DNA of 51,096 bases from the NCBI GenBank assembly GCA_026025795.1, contig JAPEUG010000089.1:1-51096 (forward strand). Direction: 5' to 3'. Below the pieces are notes generated by a model, which was not told where the DNA came from, ran no database searches, and saw only the letters and a program-made list of their open reading frames with translations. Origin of the DNA: Thelocarpon superellum (Eukaryota). Shown here piece after piece: positions 22,386 through 35,304 of the stretch. The translations under genes were made by a program, and so were the position numbers. The first letter of the stretch is position 1, and each line of letters begins with the position of its first letter.

Positions 22386-24298
22386 ATGCCTGCGTGAGTC
22401 TCGAGAGCTGTACATGCTTCGAATCTGTTTGCTCACCACCCTCAGTCCCGGGCATCAACACCGAGAGAGCGCGGCTGGGGCCAACCCATTCGAGGTGCCG
22501 GGGCAGCGAGTGTCCCCGTGGACGGCACAACAGATAGCCACCTTGACGAGTCGATTGGATAAGCTGCTGGGCCCAGAGTACATCTCGTCTCGACCCGGGC
22601 CTGGGGGCAAGAAGATATCGTACCTCGCAGGAGACCAAGTTATCGGCCTCGCCAACGAGGTCTTCGGATTCAACGGATGGTCTTCAAGCATACAAACGGT
22701 GGCCATTGATTTTGTGAGGCTAATGATAGGCTTGATCTTCACTCGGAGCTGATGGATCTCAGGCGGATGCGAACAGTTCGGGCAAAGTCAGCATCGGACT
22801 GTCAGTCACCGTTCGAGTGACTCTACGAGACGGGACGTTTCACGAGGTATGTCTTGATGGACGTGGCGTGGACCAAATTGACCGTCTCCAAGGACATCGG
22901 CTATGGGAGCGCCGATAACATGCCGACCAAGGCGTTGGCCTTTGAGAAGGCGAAGAAATCGGGCACGACGGACGCGCTGAAGAGGACGCTGAGACAGTTT
23001 GGCAATGTGTTGGGGAACTGCCTAAACGACAAGACGTATCTTGATCGGGTGAAGAAGATGAAGGTGCAGCCGGTATGTATGGCGAGGCGATTGAGGCTCA
23101 CGCTCTAACTGGGGTAGGCCAAATGGTCAGAGGACAAACTACATCGACACCCAAACTTTGCTCCCGTCAAAAAGGAGCCGTCTTTCGCTCCGGTGAAGAT
23201 GGAGCCAGACGCGGAGATGGGCGAAACTGGGACGTCCAATCATTGTAGGCCGATGGATCTTGAGACCACTATGTAAGGAAGTTTGCTGACGAACGATGGG
23301 ACAGCATCGGGCGGCGATCCAGACGACGAATTCGGGGGCGATGAATTTGATGAGGTCGACTTTGCCGAGAGTACAATGCTCGATGGAGCAATGCTGGACG
23401 ACGTGGTTGCTTCGGCACCAGCGGCCAATGGGCTGGGAGTAGGTCTCTCTTTCTAAAGAAAAGAGGATCCAATCTTTGACGGCTTGGCAGCGAAACGGCA
23501 CCGTGGGACCGCAGGGAAATCAAGGACGACCATCGATGCCATCCGCTCCTCGAACGCCTGTCGCAGCAGGGCCTCCCGCACGAATGGGCCCTCCTCACAA
23601 CGCTATTGCCTCAAATGGACAGAGAAGCAACGGGCCCATGCAGACGAGCACCAACCACCGCCCACCTCCGTCCAACGGCCCACAGGCCGGACAAGGTTCT
23701 GACGCATCCATGCCATCCCCTGGATTCTACACTGCCCGCGCAGCCCCTCTCGTCCAAGCTTCTGAGACGGCTCCGCCTCCGAACGCCCCAACGTTCAATC
23801 CACACGCGGAAAGCCCGTCGATTCGCAAAACGAGCGGCATCGATCACTCCAAGACGAAACCTGTCACTCGAGACGTGCAAGCGGGCGTGGCCACGGTAAC
23901 AACCACCACGAGTGTCGTTCGACCGACTGCTCTGACCTCGGGATCACACGGTCCGATGGGAGCAGGCGACCAAACACGCAAGGTCGGGATGCCAAATGTG
24001 TCCAGCCCGATGCTGAATCGTGGCAACGCTTCGTCGTACAAGCCTCCTGGGCCGGCCCTGGGAAAGAGGGTGTTGGAAGGGGGGATGTAAGTCAGGCCGT
24101 TCATGCCACCTTGTCTCATGTTTAGACTTGAGAAGGCTGATGGGGAGCAGAGCACAACGCGCCCCTCTTCACGAAGTTCCACATGAGCATGTCAACGTAC
24201 AGAGCAACAACCCCGCGAACAGTCACAGCGGCAAGACGATGGAGACGAACGGGGGTGGGACCGAAGCGAAGAAACCGCGGCTAGGTGGCCTTACTTAG
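22386..24298 (+). CDS. RAD52: DNA repair/recombination protein Rad52
   Basis: Micro-exon ATGCCTGC, intron 22394-22445, then [57 protein letters not shown] and [13 protein letters not shown]; several further introns. Confidence 0.95.
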
Positions 24299-24565
24299 GA
24301 GGGAAGGGGAAAGGGGGTCACGAAACAGGATGAAGGTGTCAACTGTGTGCGCTAGGAATGGAGGGCGTAAGACTGGAATAGGCAGAGTACTGGCTTAGAC
24401 TGGACTTAGTATATACTGATGGTATTAGTAAGTACTATGACCAAAGAGAAAGACGTCGTTTGTCGCCGTCACGTCTGAGAGGAGGGAAGAGACGAAGCAC
24501 AGGGGAGGATAGTATGTAGAACGGGCGCCGAAAGACGCCAGGGTCTCGTCTACGAGGCAGCATTT

Positions 24566-24609
24566 CAGGCCTGTGTCAGGCCTGTGTTAGTCCTGTGTTA
24601 TTCCTGTGT
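24566..24609. repeat. Four degenerate tandem 11-mers (CAGGCCTGTGT)
   Basis: caggcctgtgt caggcctgtgt tagtcctgtgt tattcctgtgt. Confidence 0.8.
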
Positions 24610-25482
24610 CACTCTAGAGTTGACATGAACGTAGGCCTGGCAGGAGGACAACCGACACGCTGATAGCACGCCGATGACATAGACAACACAAACTTTCGTA
24701 GACGAGAGAACAGTAGACTTGTTCGATTCGATTGTCGTTTCTTGTGCGCGCGCCTGCATTCAAGAGAGACGTGTGTCATGTGTGCGGAGAACAGCACTGG
24801 AATTGAGTTTGATTGAAGTGCCTGCTTGCTCGTCCATCTCATCTATCGTAGTCTTTCGTCTGGCTGGTCTGCTGGATCCTCCCGATCTGACCGATCTGCT
24901 TGAAGTAAGAACTCTAACTTTCTTCCACCTCCCTTCCCCCGTTCGTCTCCGTCCGTGTCGCCCATTCAGACCGATGATGACAGAGGACAGTCCCGACGAT
25001 GTCGCTTACATTCGGAGGACAGAGACAGGGAAAAGATGGGAAGGAAATGGAGGGTAGAAAACCAGAACGAATCCATTCCGTCAACTTTGTCTGTCCCGTT
25101 CCATTTAGTTCTCAGCTCAAGCCAGCCCAGCCCACCAAATTCCTCAGAGCCAATCACGTCGCCGCCGTTATGACAGGGTGATCTGACTGAAAAAGGATAG
25201 CTGTGATGTCTGCCTAAGCTGATGCAAAAGGAGAACGGACCGGACTTTGACGTCGCAGGGAGTCAAAGAGGTACTGGCCAATTTGGTGTCGCCCGACATG
25301 TCTTGTGAAGGAGGCGTAGTTGGTGTGGCCGAAGCGGAACCGGATGTAACGCAGTCAAGTCCTGGGCGGCCGGAAATGCAGGTGGTGGTCAGCATTGTCA
25401 AGGAGGGACGACGATGCGGCGTCGGTGGCGTCGGAGAGATGGAAGACAGCTCATGTCACGTCTCCTGATGTATGCCCCTCCC

Positions 25483-28148
25483 TCACCAGCCCCGTCGTCC
25501 TCCTCCATGGCCACCACCACGACCTGCCGCCCACTTCGACGTGGTCTTCGACACATTCTCGTCCGCTCCTTCATGAGGTGCCCATTTGGAAACCGAGAGG
25601 CTCGCCGGCTTCGACACGGCGGCCGAAGACGGAGGTACGTGTTGACCGATTGGCGGGGGCCCCAGGGTGGCGCTGGTGCCGGTACGAGGGGCAGCCACGG
25701 AAGCCGGCTGCACCGCCACGATGGTGGCCGGGCCTCCCTCCTGGAGGGAAGCTGGACGGACCTCCGCCGACCCCTGCTCGGTCAGCGGGGTCGGCTGAGT
25801 TAAGGCTTGTCGGCGGGAGCCTAAGGCTCCAGCAGCCTCTCCTACTGCAAAGATAGAATCAGCAAGTTGGTCGGGTCCAGTAGCACCGGCAAAGCTCAGA
25901 TACACACCCCCGCGGATCACGCCCGTCTCCTCAGGGCGAAGACCGGCCAGGTTGGCCCGCTCCGCTCCACCCACCGCGCCTCCTCCCTGTCCTTGGGACG
26001 TATCGGTGGAAAGAACGGGGCGGCGGCCCTTCAGGGGGGGGGTGTCACCACGGTCGGTGTGCTCCACGGTGATCCCGCCCGTGGAGGGCCCCGCGCATTG
26101 CTCTGGCTGCGGCACGGTGGGCGTGCGTGCCAGGAAAGAAAGGAGGCTTGGTCGTTGGGCTGACGGGGCTTTCGTTGCCGGGCTGAGGTCCCAAGGAAAG
26201 GTGGGGACTGGCACGGACACGTCAATTGAAGGGTTGGACGTAACGGCGTGTAGCCGCCGCGCTGCACCGCGTGCATCACCGCGTCCGTCACCATCCGTGT
26301 TTTGAGCATTCGGCGTTTTGTCATGTGGCACTGATGGCACGTCGCTGGACACCGCCTCTCGCAAGTATCCCTCCCATAATGACACCGTCTTCGAAGGCCG
26401 CGCAGGAGAGTCGAATCTGAGTCCTCGCAGGCCGGCGGTGATGCCATTAAGATCGTCCTCGGGCGCGTCGAAAGCCCCGGAGATCTCGAGCAAGTCGTTG
26501 AGGCTGTCCATGGGGTGTTGCTGGACAGGAACCGATGATTGCCCTCCCAGGCCGATATCAATGAGCTGCTCATCGAAGCATAGCAGGTCTTCGCCGACCT
26601 GGGCTACATTTTCCGACGCTACTCCTTGCTCTTCCGCATCATCGTCACCAAGTAAGTCACAAAGAACGGCCGTAGGCGTCGTTGTTGGGCGCGGGGCCAT
26701 CGGCTGTGCGGTCACGGACTTCTCTGGCGCAAGCTTCGTCTGAATGTACGGTTCCGTGCTCAAATTTGCGCCGATCGATGGGGACGCCATCCGCAGTGGA
26801 TGCAGGGCATTCCAAATACTCATATCTCCCATGGCGATCGGTGGAATAGCGGATCTCGGGGGGTCCGCCTTCGCGTCTGTCGATGGTGGGGCGATTGGCT
26901 TCGCCAAGGTAGTGATCGTCTTGGTTGGCTTCGCCGTCATCGCTAGCTTCACCGTCGTTGTCTTGGCCGGAGTCGGCAAAGGGACGTTAGGAGCCCCGGA
27001 GGCATGACGAGACGCTGCCAGGGACGAAGGCGCAGGATCCTGGGGAGATATTGGCGGCACGGGGGCACGATGAGATTCCAACAACGAGGGTCCAGCTGCT
27101 GGAGGAGGTACCGGACGACGTGAAAATAATTGATCGGCTGCGGAGAGGAAGAAGGCTCCGTCTTCCACCAGCGGCGGCTGGAACGGAGTGGCTCCCGCCT
27201 CAGGCCTATGAAAAGAGTGAGCACTGAAAGGGTTATCTCGAGGGACTTCTCACGCTGGCCGTTGCGGACGAGGCGCACGAGGTTCGGGTGCTTTATGCGG
27301 GGCACCACGCGGCCATCGAGCACCACTCGATGACGAGCGAGCTCGGGATACGCTAGGAAAGATCTCAGCTTGACCAGCGGGGGCAATACCTTGGAAGACG
27401 AGACGATCGATGGTTGTCTCGTTCTCATACGAAAGCACCGACGGCCACTCGGGGGGTGAGGCGTACTCAGCTGTGTCGGCGACCCGTGACGTGGTTCGCT
27501 GGCTCGCCACACCTCCGCGCGCTGGCACCGACACGGAGCGAGCGGGGCCCAGCCCCACACCGATTTGGACTCGAGCACTAATGACGGGTTAGCGAGGTGT
27601 TCTCCACGGCAGAGTTGGAAAGAGGCGTGACGTGCTCGTTGGATACCCCCCGGGTTGCTGCACGGCCACGGCCGCGGCCCGCGCCGGGGCCACGGTTGGT
27701 CGCGTGGGTGGGTGCTAAACGGTTGTTGATGTGGACAGAGGCCGATGGCTCACGACCTTGGCCGAGGCCTTCAACCATCCGGGCTCGATGCTCATTGCCG
27801 GTGCTAACGTGATGATCTCCGTTGTCGTCTTCGTCGTCGTCTTCCACCAGGGCGGCTATTGGATGTCAGCCAGACCGATCGGCCACCGAGGCGAGCGGGA
27901 CGTACTCTTCCAGGCCGTGGTGATGGTCGAGAGGACCTTGTTCCCTGTCTGATGCATCTTCCATTCTTGCGTACCCGGCTGATTGGCCCGTTTGGTCCGA
28001 TCCAGCAGCGCAGTATCGACATGCTGGACCTTCCCTTCGATGGGCAGATTGCGACGGCGTTCATTGCCGAGATCAGCCTGCACACGGGTGGTTCAGCAGG
28101 CGTTGAGAGTAGACCATGTACTCTCGCTTCGGTCGGGAACTGATTCAT
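25483..28148 (-). CDS. Hypothetical low-complexity (Pro/Ala/Ser/Thr-rich) protein, multi-exon
   Basis: ORFs 27856-28083, 27578-27847, 27250-27558 and 25483-27168 join in frame through canonical introns (e.g. GTATCC...GCTAAC...TTAG; GTGAGA...CATAG). The protein ends with two SKWA motifs and an RGG tail. Confidence 0.65.
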
Positions 28149-29062
28149 GGCGATGGACCAGCCCAAACACATTCGAAGGCCCAAACTCAAGATCAACCCC
28201 ACAACGGTCCTCATGTCACGGAGATTGATGGACGCGAGGGGGGGGGCGGGTTCCAGGTCGCAAAGCGTTCACTTCGCACGCAGAGCAGTACAGGTGGGAA
28301 GGAGGAGGTGTCGCTCGCCAGGCGCACGATCAGCTGCATCGCCATCATGCAGCGATCTCGCCGAGATCGTCGACACGACGAGGACATGGTGTGGGGCGCG
28401 AGGAAAACACGAGGTGGGAGAGACAAATTTGCTTACCAGGGTCTGTGCCAGAAGTAGGGCTTGATCGGCATCCATGCCGGCGTTGGCGGCGGCGTTGGCG
28501 TTGCGCCCCCCCCTGTCAACCACTGATCCGGGACGGGCGCGGATTCGCTGTGAGACCGACCCACAGTCGCTTGAGGGCGGAATGGACGAATAGCCGGGCG
28601 GGAGGGGCTGCAGCGGATAGCTGGGGCAGGGGTCCCCTGGCCCGTGCAGGGTGGCGTTGATCGCGTCGTCAGGCCCGCTCGGCTAAAGGTGGGAAGGGGG
28701 AAAGAGCAAGGGAAAGGGCAAATCGACGGCCAGGCTGGAGAAACAAGCGGCAGAAGAAGTTGAAGTTGAAGATGATTGCTGTCAAATGCAGATTCATCAC
28801 CTATGACACTGCGTTGTTTAGGTGTCCGTCTTGTTTGCCGGCCGGGCAACGCGTCTCGTCGTGCAATTCACTGCTCCCGCCAGACATTCAGACGCGCCGA
28901 CACAGTCGCGTGCCGCGGACCGGCAAGTCGTCTACAACAATGGTCACTCGTGGTCAGATCCTCTATACGCTGGGGGTATTCGCGCCAGAAGTTGATTCAT
29001 CGCTACTGCGGCATCGACTGCAACTCCTGCTACACTACAGTCAATCCCGTCCCAGGCTCCGT

Positions 29063-29572
29063 CTACGTCGGCCGGATAATCTCCGCCTCCAAGGGCGTGC
29101 CATCCGCCAACACCACCTTTTCACTACCCATCATGACGACGGCCACGCGACAGGGCTCCGTGCCATTGTTGGTCCATTTGTGCATCGTACCCCGCTGCAG
29201 CACCACTTCGCCCGCCTTGACTGTCACCTCCATGCCAGTGTCGAGCGTCAGGGTGACCTCGCCCGACAGCACAAAAGCGTAGTCGAGAGTGAGGGAGCGG
29301 TGCATGGGGCTGCCACCACCAGGCTGAAAGTCGCTGATGCAGAACAGGGCGCCCTCGGGGGCCGGGCGGGGAATCGTGTTGGCCGCAGGCTGGAGGCGCT
29401 CGACGTTGCTGACTGGCACGCGGGTCGCCGTGTGGAAGGTGGAGAAGCCCGTGCCGTTGGGCCCAAAGGGCTTGAAGATGGGCGCCGGAGCGTCGGAGGC
29501 GATGATGGACTTTCCATCCGCCGTGTGCGCGGTCGCAATAACACGCGGGGGCGCAAGCTGATTGGCGGCCAT
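29063..29572 (-). CDS. Cupin-2 barrel protein
   Basis: RVIATAH..DGKS, PGGGSPMHRSLTLDYAFVLSGEV, GEVVLQRGTMHKWTN. Confidence 0.9.
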   Translation of the reverse strand: MAANQLAPPRVIATAHTADGKSIIASDAPAPIFKPFGPNGTGFSTFHTATRVPVSNVERLQPAANTIPRPAPEGALFCISDFQPGGGSPMHRSLTLDYAFVLSGEVTLTLDTGMEVTVKAGEVVLQRGTMHKWTNNGTEPCRVAVVMMGSEKVVLADGTPLEAEIIRPT

Positions 29573-30099
29573 GTTGACGCGATAGGTGGAGATGTGGGGT
29601 GTGCTTGAGAGCGAATTGAGTGGATGGAGTGAACTGAGAGGGTCCTTGTCGATTGAGAACTTGAGTTACAAGTCGGGTACTGATGATTGATGTCAGTGCA
29701 GACGGGTCATGGGGAGGATGTTGGGCCATTTTATATTCGGCTTCTCCGCAATGCTCATAGCTGTCCATAGTCGTGGCTTCTCACATCTGCTTCGAATTAC
29801 GGATCATGTTGGCTCGTCTTAGAGATCATTACGAGGGGCCCAATGAGGGCTTTGGTCAGGCGAATTAGTCACCCGGTCCAGAGTGCGGATCAGGACAGCG
29901 GGAGGGCCTAGCAGGGACCCGTTCCGCCAACCAAATGGCAAGAGAACTGCCGGCGACTGGGATCCGTCGGATGCGCCCGTCGGATGAGTGCACGTCCCGT
30001 CGGATGCGCACCCAGGCACGTCGGATGCAGGCGTGGGCGGACATGGGTCGGTCTTGAAGTGATTTTCCAACGCCAGATAGCTCCAATTAGACGACCATC

Positions 30100-32691
30100 A
30101 TGACTCTAGAGATCTGCCTCCGTGGGCAGCAATTGAGCCGTCCTGCCGTCAAGGTATGCCGCGTGTCCCTCATCGTGATCACGCGTTGACCGATCCTCGC
30201 AGTGTCTCCGTCTCTCGTATCGACCGTCGACCAGACCCTTCCGACGGAAGCTCGCGACGCTTCCCGACACAACACATGGCCCACCTCCGGCCAGATCTAT
30301 ACCTCCCTATCCCAAGCTCTTAGGAAAACTGCAAGAAGTCCGGCGTGTCTTAGGCTCATCTCCACTTAGCTTGGCCGAGAAAGTTCTGTATTCGCACCTA
30401 GACTCCCCCGCACAAGACCTCACCGCAGCCAATGGCTCGTCAATTCGGGGCACGGCCAATCTCCGGCTCAAGCCCGACCGTGTGGCCATGCAAGATGCCT
30501 CGGCTCAGATGGCCTTGCTCCAATTCATGTCCTGCGGTCTCCCGTCCACCGCCGTCCCGGCCAGCATCCACTGCGATCATATGATTGTGGGCCAGAATGG
30601 CGCCGATACCGACCTCCCGGCCTCCATCAGCGGCAACAAAGAAGTCTTTGACTTTCTCGAATCGGCGGCCATGAAGTACGGCATTGAATTCTGGCCACCG
30701 GGCGCCGGCATCATCCATCAGACTGTGCTGGAGAATTACGCCGCGCCGGGCTTGATGATGCTGGGCACGGACAGCCACACGCCAAATGGTGGTGGGCTGG
30801 GAGCCATTGCCATTGGCGTGGGAGGAGCTGATGCGGTCGACGCTCTGGTCGATGCTCCGTGGGAATTGAAGGCACCCCGTGTGCTGGGCGTACGGTTAGA
30901 GGGGGCACTCAGTGGCTGGGCTGCCCCAAAAGATATCATTCTCAAGTTGGCCGGCGAGCTAAGCGTGCGAGTATTTTAGCCAACTTCCACGTTTGTTCGT
31001 AAGACAGCTGACGTGAAACCAGGGGGGGACGGGATACATTATCGAATACTACGGCCCAGGCGTCGATACATTGAGTTGTACGGGCATGGCCACGATCTGC
31101 AACATGGGCGCGTAAGTCTCTTCGGGATCGCGTGGGTAATGGTCACTGATGATGGGACAGGGAGGTCGGTGCAACAACGTCATTATTCCCCTTTTCACCC
31201 AGTATGATTCCATATCTTGATTCAACGCATCGGGCTTCGACCGCCGCGGCCGCCGCGACGATTGCTTCGATGCCCGACGAGCAGAACCTCCTGCGGGCGG
31301 ATTCCGGAGTGGAATATGACTCGCACATCACCATCAACCTCTCCACCCTTGAGCCACACATCAACGGTCCATTCACGCCGGACCTCTCCACCCCACTATC
31401 AAAATTCGCCGACACGGTCAAGAGCAACCAATGGCCCGAGACATTCTCCGCCGGCCTGATTGGCAGCTGCACCAACAGCTCGTACCAGGACATGACGCGA
31501 GCAGAGGATCTAGTGAAGCAAGCCTCGGCCGCCGGCCTGGAACCACGGGCGCCCTTCTTCATCACGCCAGGCAGTGAGCAGATCCGGGCGACGCTGGAAC
31601 GAGACCAGACGCTCTCGACGTTCTCCCAGGCAGGTGGGATAGTCCTCGCCAATGCCTGCGGCCCGTGTATCGGACAGTGGAAGCGCACGGACGGAGTCGA
31701 GTCCGGCGCCCGCAACGCCATCCTCACCTCGTACAACCGCAATTTCCGCGGCCGCAACGATGGCAACGCCGAGACGATGAACTTCCTCGCCTCGCCTGAG
31801 ATCGTCACTGCCATGTCCTACGCGGGCACGACGGCCTTCAACCCACTGACAGACACCCTACCCACACCCTCAGGCGAACGTTTTCGCTTCGCTCCCCCGC
31901 AGGGCTCGGACCTGCCCAGCGCAGGGTTTGCACAAGGCAACCCGGCCTTCCAGCCCACCTCTGCCCTCCCAGACCCACAAACCAAAGTGGTCATCGACCC
32001 GCACTCCTCGCGACTCGCCCTCCTCGACCCCTTTCCCCCCTTTCCCGACCACGAGCTCACGGACACCTACGTCTTGTACAAGGTGCGCGGCAAATGCACC
32101 ACGGACACCATCTCAGCCGCGGGCCCATGGCTGAAGTACAAAGGCCACCTGCCGAACATCAGCGAAAACACCCTCATCGGCGCCGTCAACGCGTCGACGG
32201 GCGAAACGAACGTGGCGTACGATGTGGACGGCACCGCGCACTCGATCCCGGCGCTCGCCGCGCGCTGGAAGGAGCAAGGGCGCACCTGGCTGGTGGTCGC
32301 GGAGCATAACTACGGCGAGGGCAGCGCGCGCGAACACGCCGCGCTCCAGCCGCGCTTTCTGGGCTGTCGCATCGTGCTCGCCAAGAGCTTCGCGCGCATC
32401 CACGAGACGAATCTCAAAAAACAGGGCGTCGTGCCGCTTACCTTTGTCGACGAGCGGGACTACGATGCCCTCGACGCCTGTGACCAAGTGGACACCCTGG
32501 GCTTGCACGACGTGTTGACGCGGGATGAAGGTGGGAGGGAGGGCGACAAAGGAGTGAAGCTTCGAGTCAAGAAACGCAACGGCTCCGCGCTCGAGATCCG
32601 CGTCGCGCATACCCTCACGCCGTCCCAATGCGGCTTCATCCTTGCTGGGAGTGCGCTGAATTTACTTGCGCGAAATAAATCTCCTAGATAA
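30100..32691 (+). CDS. ACO2: Mitochondrial aconitase-family protein (Aco2/AcoB type, homocitrate dehydratase)
   Basis: [60 protein letters not shown] and [10 protein letters not shown]. Introns 30154-30202, 30971-31022 and 31112-31160. Confidence 0.92.
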
Positions 32692-32930
32692 ATTTCTACT
32701 CCCAACCAGTACCGCACTACTGGATCTATCTGCTCTGCTCTGCTCAAGTTGACTCGTTCGTTGGCTTGAATTTTTCGGTCTACCTGGTTGTTATACAATG
32801 ACTCATGCCCAAGAACTCCACGCACGCCTCCTTCCCATGATATCACGAGCGAGCAAGCGAGGACCGTCCTCGGCGAGTAGGTCGAGTAGTGTCTCTGGCA
32901 AGGCAAGGCAAGGCAAGGCAGGCAGGCAGG

Positions 32931-34178
32931 CTACCGCTTCTTGGTGGTAGGTCTCGGCTTGGCCTCCTCGGTGCCAACACCATGCATCATGACCTTGGTG
33001 GGATACTGCTGGTTATTGGACGCGTAGCCCTTGCTCCAATCGTAGCTGATGGCGTAGGCGAAGATGTTGCCGTTGCGGTTGAAGGTCGTGGCGGAGATGG
33101 TACCGCCCACGGCCGGGTACCCCTTCAGTCGGTGCTTGGCGTCCTTGTCCCAGAAGTGAAAGGTGCCGTCTGACCCGGCCGTGCTGAACGTTCCGTGCAC
33201 CGGGTGGAAGGAGATCGCATTCACCGAGTACACATTTGCTACGTCGCGCTGGCCCGGCGGCGTTTCGCGGTGGCACTTGAATGAGAAGTTGGATCTAGAT
33301 GACATGTTAGCTTGGAAGGGGAGGGCAGGACGGGGGAGATGGGGGAGATGATGGGATGGTGGGATGGTGGGATGGTGGGATGGTGGGATGGTGGGATGGT
33401 GGGATGGATGCTTACGCTTGGTCTTTCTCCTCCACGTATTGAATGGCGCACCGGCCCTCGATGCTGCCCACGGCAAACCCACTGGAATCCGTGAAACAGC
33501 TGACCACTCGCGTCTGCCACTTGAGCGGGCTCTGCATGGACTTGTAGAACTTGGTCGGTTCGCTGAGGTTGACGATGTTGATGTACCGATCCGCCGTGCC
33601 AATCACCATCAGTTTGTCCCGGACATCGAGCGTGTACACGCGCTCTTGACACGTCAGCGTCGCCACGGGACTCGACTGTCGAAGGTCCCAGTATTTGACC
33701 GTCTTATCCCACGACCCCGTCACCAGCATCGGCTGGCTCGTCCCCGGCGCCTCGATGAACCGGACCACCCGGATGGGCTGATCGTGCGCCGCCACTTGCT
33801 GCGCCGTTCCTCCCCCGGCTTGAAGATCCAACATGCGCGCCGCTTTATCCGCTCCGGCCCCCACCACCTTCGTGCCATCCTACTTCATCTTAGACCTGTC
33901 TCCGCGCAGAAGGGGCTAGCTCCACGTACCTTGGACCAGTGTGTGCTTAAGACGGGTCCCTCATGTTCGAACAACGCCTTCCCCTCGCTTCCTCCCGACG
34001 CGTTGATCTCGTAGATGCGCACTTTCTTGTCCCATGAGGCCACGGCAAGATGGTCCGACTGCGGTGAAAAGGCAATGTCGGAGATGCTGTCCTCCGGCGG
34101 CGCGGTCAAGGCCACGTCCTTCGTGAGGTCGCCCAGGGTGCTGCTGGCCGACGACGAGCTCCCGAAGAGGGACGACAT
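32931..34178 (-). CDS. RAE1: WD40 mRNA-export factor Rae1/Gle2
   Basis: PEDSISDIAFSP, SPLKWQTRVVSCF, GSIEGRCAIQY, FSFKCHR, TAGSDGTFHFWDKD and YDWSKG. Introns 33880-33929 and 33295-33415. Confidence 0.95.
33351..33410. repeat. (GGGATGGT)n tandem repeat inside RAE1 intron 2
   Basis: About seven copies of an 8-mer, directly visible. Confidence 0.9.
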
Positions 34179-35304
34179 GGCAGATGAACCGCTCCCGTCA
34201 CCGTGGCGCTGATGGAGAGATCGCCGACAGTCGGCGAGAGGATATGCTCCTGGGCGTGTCGTGTGAGTAGCACTGCTGGCGAACTCCCCACACCTCCAAG
34301 TTGATCAAAGCGCCGGCCGCCTCCTACGGTACGTCCACAAAAAAGTACGGTTGCCTGTAGCCGTGTGTCACGTCGCTAGTCGCGCGGGAGCTTGACACCA
34401 CGCACACACGGGCGACAAAGGGTCGGTCACGTGTGGTGTAGTCATCCATTCCGGCAGAATCAGGTGGAATGAATTTCCCATCCGAGCGACAATTTTCCTC
34501 ACAACTCCTCGCTCAAAGAATCGCAGTCAAAGCTTACAAACAGAGTCATCCGTTCAGGAAGTCTCAAAAGAAACCTCGCTTTGGGAGAAAGTCCCCGGAC
34601 ATGTTCTCGATCTCGAGAGCGAGCGGAAACGCGCCGCCATAGAAGCAGCTTGCGGCTTCTCGTCCCTTCTTTCGTCCCGCCCTTCCTCGGTCCGTGGTGA
34701 TCCGCCATTACTCTCCTCAGACGACTGGTAGCCGGGTGGGATCGGGGGGATGGAGAGACCCTAGTGACGAAGATATGAGTCCGTGCTCTTGGTCCCCTCC
34801 CCTTCCTGGTTGCCGGCTGGATGGTGCAGAGGAGGACGCTGCGTGGTGAAGGGAGCGAGCGTGGCGGAGTCGGGGGGGAACGAGAATACCTTCGTCGTGG
34901 TCGATAGTAATGCGATTGCGTCGGCCACCCGTCCTTCTGGGTCGGGTGCGCGGCGTAACTCGATGGGGCTTATTCTTGATGCGAGGAGTCCACATCTCTA
35001 CTTTCCAAGGGTCTGTAGCTTATGGCAAAGCGGGGACGACCGATTACGCTTCCTGCCACCGTGAAGGCGGAGGAGGAGGCGGACGAAGTCGTCTCGACGC
35101 CTGGTCATACAGGCCAGACTCCATCGTTCACATGATGATATACCAATCATAGAGTCAAGCACTGACGTGGCTCCGGCTACCGGAGTCGCTTTGATGACTA
35201 CGTATTGCGTTATGGTATCTGATGAACCGTCGGTGGAAGGAAGGTGCGGGAGAGATGAGGTGGATTAGATAGAGCGTTATGAATTGGGTAGCATGTCCAT
35301 TCTA

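Noticed and set aside
11365..24298. DNA-repair gene cluster (RecQ, GRF finger, RAD52)
   Set aside because: The genes are separated by unrelated housekeeping genes, and co-location is plausible by chance without synteny data.
33351..33410. Tandem repeats as a CRISPR array or telomere
   Set aside because: Eukaryotic DNA, no spacers, not TTAGGG; a simple intronic repeat.
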